A stretch of 64,000 bases of DNA from Bdellovibrionales bacterium (GTDB lineage: Bacteria; Bdellovibrionota; Bdellovibrionia; Bdellovibrionales; JAUICD01). Of this stretch, positions 18,516 through 29,800 are shown in pieces. The notes beneath the pieces were generated by a model, which did not search any database, was not told the origin of the DNA, and worked only from the letters and a program-made list of their open reading frames with translations. The position numbers and the translations under genes are program-made. The stretch lies in contig OZ253553.1 of the NCBI GenBank assembly GCA_965262715.1, positions 512,001 through 576,000 on the forward strand, given 5' to 3'. Every line of letters begins with the position of its first letter. Position 1 is the first letter of the stretch.

Positions 18516-21152
18516 ATGAAGAAAAATATTCTATTATTACTTTATTTGCTGGTCTTAACAGTTGTTCTAATTGTAAAAGAGCCTGCCTTTGCTGTAGAAG
18601 AATCTGCTTCTGCTGTGGAGGAGTCCACTTCCTCTGAGTTGATCTGTCAAAATGCATTGATGACAAAGTTGTCAGATGAAGATAGAGATATAGTATCTGG
18701 CGCTATTATGATTGCTCAGCAACTTCGTCCTTCAGACCCTCAAGTCACTCTTTATCATATCTTCCTTGCTGCTATGACAGAAGTGCGTGTCGATGGTGCG
18801 CCTATAACTTACACAAACCCTAAGCTGCTTGCTTTCTTAAGAGAACGCAATCTGTTGGAGAATTTCCAAAACTTTCTTTTAAATAATATAGGTTTGAGCC
18901 GTGATCAGTTAGGTCCTTTATTTGAGAAAAACTCAGATGGCATGTTGATCCTCAATACAGACATACAATTTGATCGCAACTCTGCATCTGATTTTAACAA
19001 CTACACACCTGATGCAAATAGGCTTCTAGCAGAAATGACTCAAGAAAAAGAAATAGATGTTCAAGAAACAGAAAAAACAGGTGCTCTTCTTCCAAATGAT
19101 TTTTTCATTAATGTTTTGAAGTTTGATAATCCTATTCGTGATCGTTTGACAGAACCTCCTAAATTTTCAGAAAGATCTTCTGTTCAATTTCAATCTGCTA
19201 AATCTAACAAAATGTATCGTGGAACTACTCAGGAAACAATTCCAGCAAACCCTATTATTGCTTTTGATGTTATAAATAGAAGGATAATGCGTTCTAATAA
19301 TTATACGAACCCTTCTCCTTATTTCTCTATTGATGACCCATTGCTCTATTCTTTTTTTTCAGATTTGCTTTTAGATCTGGGAAGACATGAAGAATTTATA
19401 AGAATTTTAGAACAGCAGCAAACTTTAGATGACTCCAATCGCTTTATTACTTTAAAAGAAAATGATGACACCTATAATGACACCCATATTATGTATGGTA
19501 AAGTTATAGGTTTTTCAGAAGATCATACCTCTTTAGTTATAGAAGGTCTTGATGGTCAGAGGTACACTTATATTATTTATAGAGATAAGGATAGGTTATA
19601 TATATATAGAGAAGAAGAAGAGCTTGGAAGACTTGGAGATGCTTTTGATTCTGGTTATCGTACTAAAGATGTATCTGTAAGCATAACGTCAAAAAAACTT
19701 TTTGATATATATGAAGAGATCAGAGGCTTGGTCGGATATCCCATACCTTTAAATCAATACACTGGAGAACCATCTATTAATCTTTTTAGAGAATTGTTTA
19801 ATTCGATTACTCTAAATAATTATTTAAGAGAGCACTATCCAGATTTAGAAGCTCGTCAAGTTTCCTTAAGTGATTTTGATGAGGACCGTCATCTTGTTTC
19901 CTTTTTGAATTCACAAGGTGAACGTGTTCCTGGCAGACTTATTGAAGTCAATAACTATAATGTCACTATAGAAGATTTAAGTGGTCATAAAAATGTTATA
20001 GAAGGAGAAATGTTAAACACTATATCGCAAGATAAATCTATAAGATTCTTATTTCAATATCCTCATACTGATAGTGTAGATACTTCTGAAATAAATAACC
20101 TGCCAATTGTTCAAAGACAAGGAGAGGGAGGTTTTTCTTATGCAGAATTAGAAATGTCAGGTGATCCAGCGCAAGACGCCTTTAGAAAAGCTGTGATAGC
20201 GGGTCGCTTTGAGGGGGATGAACGATTTATTTCATTTTTCAATGAATATCATGGTGAGAGAAGGCTAGCTAAGATAATCTCTTGGAAGGAAGATGTGGTA
20301 ACCCTTTGGGTATATAATGGCAAGGGATATATTAATCAGGGAAGAAGATTTATTTTACCTCAATTTGATGAAGAAGATTACTTTATATTTTTAGCTGCAG
20401 CAGTTAGTCAAGCGGCAAAAGATTACTTTGAACGTAATGAGGTTTTTCTCAATAGAGGAAATATCAAATCTGCAGAGGATGAGGATTATCAATTTTTAAG
20501 TCGTTCTGTTCCCACAACCATAAGACTTGATGATACAGCTTTTCTAGAGGCAATTGATTTGACGGATACTAACTTGAGGAAATGGATAAAAAAGGCCACA
20601 GATATTATAAAAGAAAAAACGGGGATCGTGCCAGGGCCACAAAATTTGACTGCTGCTCAAAGGATTCAAATTTATCGAGTTTTTGATAATGACATCGTTC
20701 CTTTACTAGAGAGCCCTGCTCATGGGATAGAATATGGTTATTTTCGTGATTTAATATACACTAGTAACTTCTGTCGTCTCGAAGGGGATAACGGCAGACA
20801 TCCACTTCGATTTCTTGGTCATATTCTTGATACAAAATCAGCTGTTTGTGGTGAATTAAGCGCATTTGGCGTTGTTTTGCTCTCTGAATATGGTTTACAT
20901 GCAAAATATATGACAACGTCTTCACAAATGATGGAAATGGTTGAAAGTGAAGATGGGCATGCATGGATAGGAGTTCAAAGAGAGGATGGTTCTTTGGAGT
21001 TTATAGATACAAATGGTAGCCTAGTTTTCTGGAGTACAAACCTTCGTTTTCTAGAGGAGCGTTATCTAGAGCTGTCACATTTAAGTGATGATGAGCTACT
21101 TTCTCTTTCAGAAGAATATACTCTTGTGATTCCTCCTGCTTTGCCTGAATGA
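18516..21152 (+). CDS. Secreted protein with C-terminal transglutaminase/papain-like Cys-His-Asp domain (paralog 1)
   Basis: MKKNILL signal peptide; AVCGELS...GHAWIGV...FIDTN triad motifs. Confidence 0.65.
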   Translation: MKKNILLLLYLLVLTVVLIVKEPAFAVEESASAVEESTSSELICQNALMTKLSDEDRDIVSGAIMIAQQLRPSDPQVTLYHIFLAAMTEVRVDGAPITYTNPKLLAFLRERNLLENFQNFLLNNIGLSRDQLGPLFEKNSDGMLILNTDIQFDRNSASDFNNYTPDANRLLAEMTQEKEIDVQETEKTGALLPNDFFINVLKFDNPIRDRLTEPPKFSERSSVQFQSAKSNKMYRGTTQETIPANPIIAFDVINRRIMRSNNYTNPSPYFSIDDPLLYSFFSDLLLDLGRHEEFIRILEQQQTLDDSNRFITLKENDDTYNDTHIMYGKVIGFSEDHTSLVIEGLDGQRYTYIIYRDKDRLYIYREEEELGRLGDAFDSGYRTKDVSVSITSKKLFDIYEEIRGLVGYPIPLNQYTGEPSINLFRELFNSITLNNYLREHYPDLEARQVSLSDFDEDRHLVSFLNSQGERVPGRLIEVNNYNVTIEDLSGHKNVIEGEMLNTISQDKSIRFLFQYPHTDSVDTSEINNLPIVQRQGEGGFSYAELEMSGDPAQDAFRKAVIAGRFEGDERFISFFNEYHGERRLAKIISWKEDVVTLWVYNGKGYINQGRRFILPQFDEEDYFIFLAAAVSQAAKDYFERNEVFLNRGNIKSAEDEDYQFLSRSVPTTIRLDDTAFLEAIDLTDTNLRKWIKKATDIIKEKTGIVPGPQNLTAAQRIQIYRVFDNDIVPLLESPAHGIEYGYFRDLIYTSNFCRLEGDNGRHPLRFLGHILDTKSAVCGELSAFGVVLLSEYGLHAKYMTTSSQMMEMVESEDGHAWIGVQREDGSLEFIDTNGSLVFWSTNLRFLEERYLELSHLSDDELLSLSEEYTLVIPPALPE

Positions 21153-21591
21153 ATTAAAATTCAAAAAGGCATTAATGGATCTATCTTTTTTTAATATATA
21201 AAATAGTTTACAAGAGAGGTTTTTTTATGGATGCGTAGGCAAATTGTCTACAAACAGGTTTTGTTACCTAAAGGCAATTTGCCAGATGACTGATTTACCT
21301 GATCACTGGACTTGAAATAAAGACTTAATAAGATATAGTTTATCAATTCAATATATTCTCTTGAAATGGAAACATCCTCCAGTTGTGGACTTTATTATTA
21401 TATTTTTTGATAATAGTAAAAGTTACTTGGCTATTAATGACTTAAAAAGCATAGATAAACTTTAAAGGAGCTTTGGAACGACTGATTTAAGTGTGTAAAT
21501 AATTCATAGTTTGTGATATATAACTATTTCTTTTTTACATACAAGTTGTTTGCTATTGATAATTTGGTTGAATTTTGATATAAGACCGGAC

Positions 21592-24237
21592 ATGAAGAAA
21601 AATATTCTATTGTTATTTTATTTACTGGTCTTAACAGTTGCTCTAATTTTAAAAGAGCCTGCTTCTGCTGTAGAGGAGTCTACTCTTACTGAGGCTATCT
21701 GTCGGGATGCCTTGACTACAAAGCTATCAGATGAAAACAAAGATATCGTATCTGGTGCTATTATGATTGCTCAGCAACTTCGTCCTTCATATCCTCAAGT
21801 CAACCTCTATCATATCTTCCTTGCTGCTATGACAGAAGTGCGTGTCGATGGTGCGCCTATAACCTACACAAACCCTAACTTATTGATTTTTTTAAGAGAA
21901 CAAAAGCTATTGGGGGATTTTCAAAACTTTCTTTTAAATAATTTGGGTTCAAACCGTACTCATTTAGATTCTTTGTTTGAGAAAAAATCAGATGGCACAT
22001 TCATTCTCAATTGGAATACAAGCGTGCCATTTGATGGTAATCATGTATCTAATTTTATCTATACATTTGATGTAGAAAGACTTTTGGAAGCAATGAATCA
22101 AAACAAACAGGTAGATACTAAAAATGACTTTTTTCTTTATACTTTAGAATTTGATAATCCTATTCGAAAATTTTTCTTTGATCGTTTGACAGAACATCCT
22201 ACTTTTTTAGAAAGAACTCTTGGCAGATTGTTTAGATGGCTTGACCCAACTCAAGAGAGGGCTAGAAGAATTTATTTTATGTACCCTAAGTTATTAATGC
22301 CTGAGCTCATATATGATCTGCCCAAAAAAGCCATTCCAACAAACCCTATTATTGCTTTTGATCTTATAAATAGAATAAGTAGAAACATAGCCAATGATAG
22401 TGATTATACGAATCCTTCTCCTTATTTCTCTATTGATGACCTCTGGCTCTATCCTGGCTTTTTTGATTCAGACTTTGAAAGAGATGAAACACCACCTATA
22501 TGGAAAATTTTAAAACGGTGGCAACCCTTAGATGACTCCAATCGCTTTATTACCTTTAGAAAAAATCACGCCCATGTATATGGTAAAATTATAGGTTTTT
22601 CAGAAGATCATACCTCTTTAGTTATAGAGAGCCTTGATGGTCAGAAGTATGTTTATCATTTTTCAATTACTTCTAGATTTCTTTTTATGAAAAAATTTAA
22701 AAAAGTTATTGGAGATGCTTTTCTTCCTTTTTATGTTTTTAGTGATGTACTACTTGCAAGCAGAAGGTCAAAAAAGCTTTTTGATATATATGAAGAGATC
22801 AGGGGTTTAACAGAATCTCCTATACCTCTAAATCAACACACTGGGCAGCTATCTATTGATCTTTTTAGAGAATTGTTTAACTTGATAACTCTCAATAATT
22901 ATTTAAGGAAACACTATCCAGAGTTAGAAGCTCGCCAAGTCTCTTTAAGTGATTTTGATGAAGCTCGTCACTTTGTTTCTTTTCTAAACTCACAGGGTGA
23001 ACGTGTTCCGGGCAAACTCATTGACGTGAATGACTATAGTGTCATTGTAGAAGACTTAGATGGTCATAGAAGCCGTATAGAAGGAGAGGCATTAAACAGA
23101 GTTTCACAAGATGAAACTGTGAGACTTTTATTCCAATATCCTCATATTGATAGTGTAGATACTCCTGAAATAGATGGCACTCGAATTGTTCAAAGACAGG
23201 GAGAGGGAGGCCTTTCTTATGCAGGATTAGAAATGTCAGGTGATCCAGCTCAAGATGTTTTTAGAAGAGCTTTGATAGCAGGTCGTTTTGAAGGAGATGA
23301 ACGGTTTATTTCATTTTTCGATGAAGGTGAGAAAAAACTGGCTAAGGTATTCTCTTGGGAGGGAAAAACAATGAGACTTCAAATATATGAGGGCAATACA
23401 GATTATAGACTGACAATAGTGCCTTTACCTCTAATTAATCCTACTGATCCTAGATTTTTAAAGGATGACTCCATCTTTTCAACTGCAGCAGTTAGTCAGA
23501 CGGCAAAAGATTACTTTGAACGTATTAATTCTTTTTTGAATAGGAGAAATATCAGGCTTGCAGCAGGTGAAGATTATCAATTCTTAAGCCATTCTATTTC
23601 TATAACCAAAGAACATAATGGTAGAACTATTGAAATGAAAGTTGATTTAACTGATCCTTATTTGAGAAAATGGATGAGAAAGGCTACAGATATTATAAAA
23701 GAAAAAACAGAGATCACACCAGGAGCACAAAAACTTACAGCTGCTCAAAGAATTCAAATTTATCGAGTCTTTTATGAGGATATTGTTCCTTTAGTAGAAA
23801 TGCCTATTCGAGAAAGATATGCTTATTTTCATGATTTAATATACAATTGGTATTATTTCGAAGGAAATAGCAAGCAAAATGAATTTCAGTTTCTTGGTCA
23901 TGTTCTGGATACAAAATCAGCTATTTGTACTGATTTAAGCGCATTTGGTGTTGTTTTACTCTCTGAATATGGTTTGCATACAAGATATATGCAGACATCT
24001 CCAAAAATGATTGAAATACTTAAAAATGAAGGCATGTATGGACATGCATGGATAGGTGTTCAACGGGAGGATGGCTCTTTAGAGTTTATAGATACAAATG
24101 GTCGAATTTTCTGGAGCACAAACCTTCGTTTACTAAGAGAAGGTTATGAAGGAGATTTTTCTCATTCAACTGATGATGAGCTACTTTCTCTTTCAGAAGA
24201 ACATACTCTTATGATTCCTCCTTCTTTGCCTGAATGA
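21592..24237 (+). CDS. Secreted protein with C-terminal transglutaminase/papain-like domain (paralog 2)
   Basis: Tandem paralog of 18516-21152; AICTDLS...GHAWIGV...FIDTN; upstream ~195 bp nearly identical at offset 3076. Confidence 0.65.
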   Translation: MKKNILLLFYLLVLTVALILKEPASAVEESTLTEAICRDALTTKLSDENKDIVSGAIMIAQQLRPSYPQVNLYHIFLAAMTEVRVDGAPITYTNPNLLIFLREQKLLGDFQNFLLNNLGSNRTHLDSLFEKKSDGTFILNWNTSVPFDGNHVSNFIYTFDVERLLEAMNQNKQVDTKNDFFLYTLEFDNPIRKFFFDRLTEHPTFLERTLGRLFRWLDPTQERARRIYFMYPKLLMPELIYDLPKKAIPTNPIIAFDLINRISRNIANDSDYTNPSPYFSIDDLWLYPGFFDSDFERDETPPIWKILKRWQPLDDSNRFITFRKNHAHVYGKIIGFSEDHTSLVIESLDGQKYVYHFSITSRFLFMKKFKKVIGDAFLPFYVFSDVLLASRRSKKLFDIYEEIRGLTESPIPLNQHTGQLSIDLFRELFNLITLNNYLRKHYPELEARQVSLSDFDEARHFVSFLNSQGERVPGKLIDVNDYSVIVEDLDGHRSRIEGEALNRVSQDETVRLLFQYPHIDSVDTPEIDGTRIVQRQGEGGLSYAGLEMSGDPAQDVFRRALIAGRFEGDERFISFFDEGEKKLAKVFSWEGKTMRLQIYEGNTDYRLTIVPLPLINPTDPRFLKDDSIFSTAAVSQTAKDYFERINSFLNRRNIRLAAGEDYQFLSHSISITKEHNGRTIEMKVDLTDPYLRKWMRKATDIIKEKTEITPGAQKLTAAQRIQIYRVFYEDIVPLVEMPIRERYAYFHDLIYNWYYFEGNSKQNEFQFLGHVLDTKSAICTDLSAFGVVLLSEYGLHTRYMQTSPKMIEILKNEGMYGHAWIGVQREDGSLEFIDTNGRIFWSTNLRLLREGYEGDFSHSTDDELLSLSEEHTLMIPPSLPE

Positions 24238-24326
24238 ACTAAAACTCAAAAAGGTGTTAATGAATCTACCTTCTTTTAATATATAAAATAGTTTATAAGA
24301 GAGGTTTTTTATGGATGTGTATGAAA

Positions 24327-24358
24327 AAAAAGCCACAAATATGAATTTGTGGCTTTTT
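24327..24358. terminator. Bidirectional intrinsic terminator
   Basis: aaaaagccacaaat-atga-atttgtggcttttt between convergent genes. Confidence 0.8.
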
Positions 24359-24387
24359 ATTTTCTAAGGAGGTTATTTTTGAAAATA

Positions 24388-26229
24388 CTATGTGTTCTTA
24401 GATGTACTTAATCTGTGTGCTGCAGAGAACTTTGTAATCCATGTTGCTTTTTCTTTAAATTTTATACCTACTTTATTCTCTGACATCCAAACAATTTTTC
24501 CAGAGAGTGTAACATCTTCTCCATCTTGTTTTGATAGAAGGATATCCACTTGAGAGCCTCTCTTTAACTGTTGAGTAGAGTTATCTATTGAGATACCAGC
24601 ACCACCCTGTGAGATAGAAAATAAATTCGCAGACATAAAGTGATTGTTGAATGAGAGGTGAAGTGGAATATCTACTTCATATCTCTGCTCTCTTCTCTTA
24701 GATTGTGATGTAGCCTTCTGCTTTAAGAATAACCAAACCATTAAAGGGAGGGCTAGCATAAAGCTAAAAAGTGCTCTTGGCAGATGAGCGCCTCGGCCGC
24801 CTTTTCCATTATTTTTGTATGATTTCATCTGATGCAAGTTTGAATACATATTATGAACGAGTCCACAACCTCCAGCCATTGATGAGGAAGATGAAAAGAC
24901 ACGGCTACTGTATTCTGGCATAGCAAAACTAGGATTGTATCCTTGAGCCTTTGAAACAGCTTTTAAAGCATTTAATCTTCTTTCATTTTGTACGTAGCCA
25001 TTTAAAGATGCTACAGTATCTGCAGAATTAAGTATAATTTCCTTAACTTCATATCCATTAAGCTCTGGTTGTGCATAGAGTGTTAGTGCTGTTGCGCCTG
25101 ATACATAAGGGGTTGCCATACTTGTTCCAGATAAATTAGTATTTTGGTTATTCGGATATGTACTTTGAACATTCACACCAGGAGCACTCAAATGGACAGA
25201 GGTGGTACCATAATTAGAAAAATTACTTGCAAAAATATCATTGAAGGTGGTTGCAGCAACTGAAATAACATGAGGAACTGGATAGTTGGCTGGGTAAAAA
25301 GGTATGATATCATTATTAGATGCATTATTTCCTGCTGCAGCTACAAAGACAACACCAGCATTATAACTTCTTGTAACAGCTTCATGGAGTGCATTACTGT
25401 AAGCATCGTTTCCCCAAGAGTTGTTTAAGACTTTAGCTCCATTATTAATGGCATAATCAATAGCGCCGATAGCACTGGATGTTGAGCCAACGCCATCACA
25501 TCCTAAAAACTTTAATGGCATAATACAAAAGGCAGAACTCTCTGTTGCATCACCGACAACAGTTTGCTTAACAATTCCAGCAACATGGGTGCCATGTCCA
25601 TCACAATCGCTCAAATCTTTATTATGATCTGTAAAGTTCCAACCATGTACATCATCATCAAAGCCATTGCCATCATTATCATAACCATCACCAGCCACTT
25701 CCTCTGTATTATTACAGATAATACCTTGAAGATCACTATGTGTGATGTCAGTTCCTGTATCAATGACTGCAATTTTTACCATTTCATTGTTAAGAGTTTG
25801 GATGGCATTTCTCGCGGCTTCTGCAAAAATAGGATCTGGGTTGCTATATGTAGATTGGCTGAATGTTTTATCAGTATTCGTTTTACTAATAATATAGTTA
25901 GGTTCTATATATTCTATATCTGGATGATTTCCAACTTGTTCAATAATCTCTTCAGTTGATTGACCATCTTCAATTCCACTGAAGTGGTGCATACTAAAAT
26001 TATTAAAGGATTGCTGTAGTGTCAGACTAACAGAGCCTGAAACGCCTTGAAGTGTCAAATTGCCAGTATCTTCGCTTAAGCTTTGTCTAACTGATGAACT
26101 CTCAGGAGAATCCTTAAATTTGATAATAACGTCACCTTCAACATAACCTAAAGAGGATTGCCCATATACAGTCTGAAAATTTAAAGTGACTAATAGAATA
26201 ATAGATAATTTTACTAAATGATAAAACAC
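24388..26229 (-). CDS. S8 (subtilisin-like) serine peptidase with TM helix and C-terminal PilZ domain
   Basis: AVIDTG, HGTHVAG, SGTSMATP triad; GGCG + TM helix; RREQR and SISQGG PilZ-like motifs. Confidence 0.88.
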   Translation of the reverse strand: MFYHLVKLSIILLVTLNFQTVYGQSSLGYVEGDVIIKFKDSPESSSVRQSLSEDTGNLTLQGVSGSVSLTLQQSFNNFSMHHFSGIEDGQSTEEIIEQVGNHPDIEYIEPNYIISKTNTDKTFSQSTYSNPDPIFAEAARNAIQTLNNEMVKIAVIDTGTDITHSDLQGIICNNTEEVAGDGYDNDGNGFDDDVHGWNFTDHNKDLSDCDGHGTHVAGIVKQTVVGDATESSAFCIMPLKFLGCDGVGSTSSAIGAIDYAINNGAKVLNNSWGNDAYSNALHEAVTRSYNAGVVFVAAAGNNASNNDIIPFYPANYPVPHVISVAATTFNDIFASNFSNYGTTSVHLSAPGVNVQSTYPNNQNTNLSGTSMATPYVSGATALTLYAQPELNGYEVKEIILNSADTVASLNGYVQNERRLNALKAVSKAQGYNPSFAMPEYSSRVFSSSSSMAGGCGLVHNMYSNLHQMKSYKNNGKGGRGAHLPRALFSFMLALPLMVWLFLKQKATSQSKRREQRYEVDIPLHLSFNNHFMSANLFSISQGGAGISIDNSTQQLKRGSQVDILLSKQDGEDVTLSGKIVWMSENKVGIKFKEKATWITKFSAAHRLSTSKNT

Positions 26230-26876
26230 AAAAATATATCTCCCTAAAAAAGTAATGCAATCCCATTAAGATAAAGTGTTAATAAACTTTTGGTCAGTGT
26301 CTAAAAATTAGTCACTAAACTCTCTTTTAATAACCTTTAAACTCCCTACTTATATGACATTGCAAGAAGTGCACCTAGAAATGAATCAGTGGTTATTTCA
26401 AATTGAGACATGTTAAAAGAAGGGATAGGTTAATTAAAAATGGAAGTTTTATTAGATATTATAAGAGAAGCCATAGGCTTTAAGATTAAATCCTTAAATT
26501 TGATATTTATCTAATATACATGAAATTTAACTCTCCTACACATGCTTGTGCAACAAAGCTCATTTACACTAAATAGGTAAAGTTGATGCTTATCTCCATA
26601 AGACTTGATGCCGATCTCCACGAGATGCCTGAACTTCTTGAAAAGTGTTAGTTTTTCAAGAAAGCTGAAAGAGGTATCGAGGGGGGAACAGTGTCTCTTC
26701 TCTGATAGCAGTTAAAATGATAGCATAAGTTTGTGAAGTTGAGCGCAAAAGCTTGAATTGTAAAAGATAAATTAAAAGACCAAAAAGCTATTTATGTTAG
26801 AAGCGGCGCAAATATTTTGCGTGGCAATTATATAATTTTTGAGATAATAGCTATTTTTGATGGAGTGACTTTTGAA

Positions 26877-29800
26877 TTAGCTGGATAAGGGAAGTTTTAA
26901 AGGAGCAGTTTGATATCCTTGGGCAAAGTCAGGTCGTCCGCCACCTTTACCATATTTTCTTAATATATCAACTGCATTGTATTTATCTGTGAGATTCTTT
27001 GTAATAGCAACCATAAGAGGAGGTTTGTCTGGATCTTCTCCAGATAGGATCACTATACCTGATTTCATTTTGTTTCTGATTTTATCTGCAATTTGCCTTA
27101 AGCATTCTCTGTCATTTGTACGGATTGTTTTTTTGACTTCTTTAACTTCATTATCTATATCTTTTGATTCTTTAATAATCTTATTAATATCTATATCCAT
27201 TTCAATTCTTGATACGGTTAGTTTTTGTATTTGTTTGTGCAAATCTTTAACTTCTTTTTTCTTTTCATTGATCCAAGTGCTAAGGTTGTTATTGATTTGA
27301 GCTTCATTTTTTGCTTCAGCCAGCTCTCTGTGGCTTTGTGAAAGGACCTCAATGGCTTTTCGTCCGGAGAGAGCTGTGATACGACGGACATTAGCACTTA
27401 TGCTTTCTTCTGATGTGATTAAAAAGGCTTGAAGTTCACTTGTGTTTTTCACATGTGTTCCTCCACAAAGTTCCATGGAGGTATCTTCTCCTATTTTCAC
27501 AACATGCACATTTCCTTCTGGATATTTTTCGTTGAAAAAAGCAAGAGCCCCCTTTTTTTCAGCATCTTTGAAGCTCATTATGTCTGTTGTAACAGGGAGA
27601 GTTTTTATAATTTGGTCATTAACTTGTCTTTGAATTTGCTTTTTTTGTTGATTTGTAAGAGGTTTTGGATGTGTGAAATCAAATCGCAGATAGTGATCTG
27701 TGACCAAAGATCCTTTTTGTTTTGGTTTCATCTCCCTTTCTTCTTTTTCTCCTGCAGTGTTTATAATTTTTACCTTTTCTTTTAAAGTATCTCTTAAGAT
27801 AGTGTGCAATAAGTGTGTAGCTGTGTGATGTTTTGTTATCTCCTCTCGTCTTTCTTTGTTAATTTGTAGAAAAACTTTGTCATTAACATTTAAATGAGTT
27901 TTTACATCGATAGCATGGTAGTGCACTTCCTTATATTTTTGACAATCTGTAACTTGAGCTATTAATTTATTTGATGGATCTTTAATTTCACCTTGATCTC
28001 CAATCTGTCCTCCAGACTCTGCATAGAAAGGTGTTTGATCAAAAATAACAAAGCCTTTTTGACCAGGCTTTAGTTCTGTAATTTGTTTTTGGCCATCTGA
28101 TAAACCTATGACTTGCGCGTCAGTAGATAAAGTTTTGTATCCTACAAATTTTCCAACATGATTAAGTAATTTTCCAATTGACCGATTGGTAGATTGTTCA
28201 ATGATATCACTTACAAAACCTCTAAGATGTTTCTCATCTTCTTGTAAATACTTTGGTTTTGCCCTTGAAAGTTCTTGTGCTTTTCTAAGATGAGTTTCAA
28301 AAGCTTTTTCAAATACTTGATCGAACTCTTGATTAAAGCTTATCTTTTTCATCTTTCTTTTTATGAGATCTTTAGTGTTATCTTTAGAAAAACCGTGTGT
28401 TTCAAAGAGTTTAAAGGCAAACTCTCCCAGTGCTTCTGGTGTGAGAGTTTTAGATTTCATTTTTTGGTCAAGATCATCAAATTCTTTATTGAATATTTCC
28501 TCACTATCTTCAAGTTTTTTTTGAAAGGCCACTTCGATTTCTTCTGCAATTTGGTAAATTCGGCTTAGAATTTGAGACTTTTTGTTAGTTCGTTCTTGCT
28601 CTCTTCTTATAATGAGATTGATCTCTTCTCCTTCTTGGTAGAGAATCTCTTGTTGAATCTCTCTAATGAGAAGGCTCATCAACTTAGCCACATTTTTTTG
28701 GACGGGAGAGTCTTCTTGATATTGAAGGCTTTTTTGTCGATAAAACTCTTCTTGTTTTTGAAATTGATAGTGATAGATAAAAGGATCTGGGTTTTGGGTC
28801 ATGATAATGTCATATAGGTAATAGCAGTCATAAACAAAAAGAACATCAACCAATAGCACTCTTTTTAACTGAAGGAAGTTAAATGAACCAATACCAATTT
28901 GTTGAAGACAGTGCCTGACCTTTTTAAACAACTTTCTTAAAACATAACCTCTACCTTCATTTGATGGTAATATACCGTCAAGCAATAAAAAAGCTATGCC
29001 TCTAGCATGATCTGCTATTTGACAGAGAGCTATCCGATCTTTTATTTTTCTCTCTTCATCTATCTTTATCTTCTTAGGAGAAAGAAGCCCTCTTTCTTTT
29101 TGGAACTCCTCACACACAAAATCTAGAAAAGCAGTTCTAAGAGAACCATTTTCTGCTCTCTTAAGTATATAATATATCATGTTGAAATGAAGGCTTTTCT
29201 GAAATAAATATGATGCGCTTGGAGCTCTCCACTTATGAGCATCTTCCTCATTGTTTATTTTTTCTTCTTCCTCTTTGATAATTTCTTTTATTTCACTTGA
29301 CCTTTTATATAAGTCTTCTAGAAATTCCTTAATTATCTTTTTGGCTATTTCTTCTTCTACTTGCTCTTGTTTGTTTAATTGATAATGTTGGCTTTTAAAG
29401 GTTTTCCATACATCTGACTCTAGTTTGCAATTTAATACTTTATAAAAAGTATCGATAAATAAGTCAGCTTCAAAATTACTATTTACTCTTTGGGTAACAG
29501 CTGTGAGTCTTTCTAACCCAGCCCCTGTATCTACACAAGGGTGAGGTAGAGGTAGTCTACTACCATCAGCTTGTTGATCAAATTGCATAAAGACTAAGTT
29601 CCAAATCTCTACATCTTGCTGTCCATAATGATAAAAGACTTCACTGCAAGGCCCGCAAGGTCCTGTATTAGCCATTTTCCAAAAATTATCACTATCTTTT
29701 TTGATAAAATCATATAAAGAACGCTTGATATCATTTTTGTCATTTTCCCAGATTTTTTTCCAAATATTAAAGGAATCCTCATCTTCATTAAAGACTGTCA

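Noticed and set aside
26400..26870. Possible decayed gene or ncRNA between the S8 protease gene and alaS
   Set aside because: No ORF of 60 aa or more, and no family or structure I could assign by eye.
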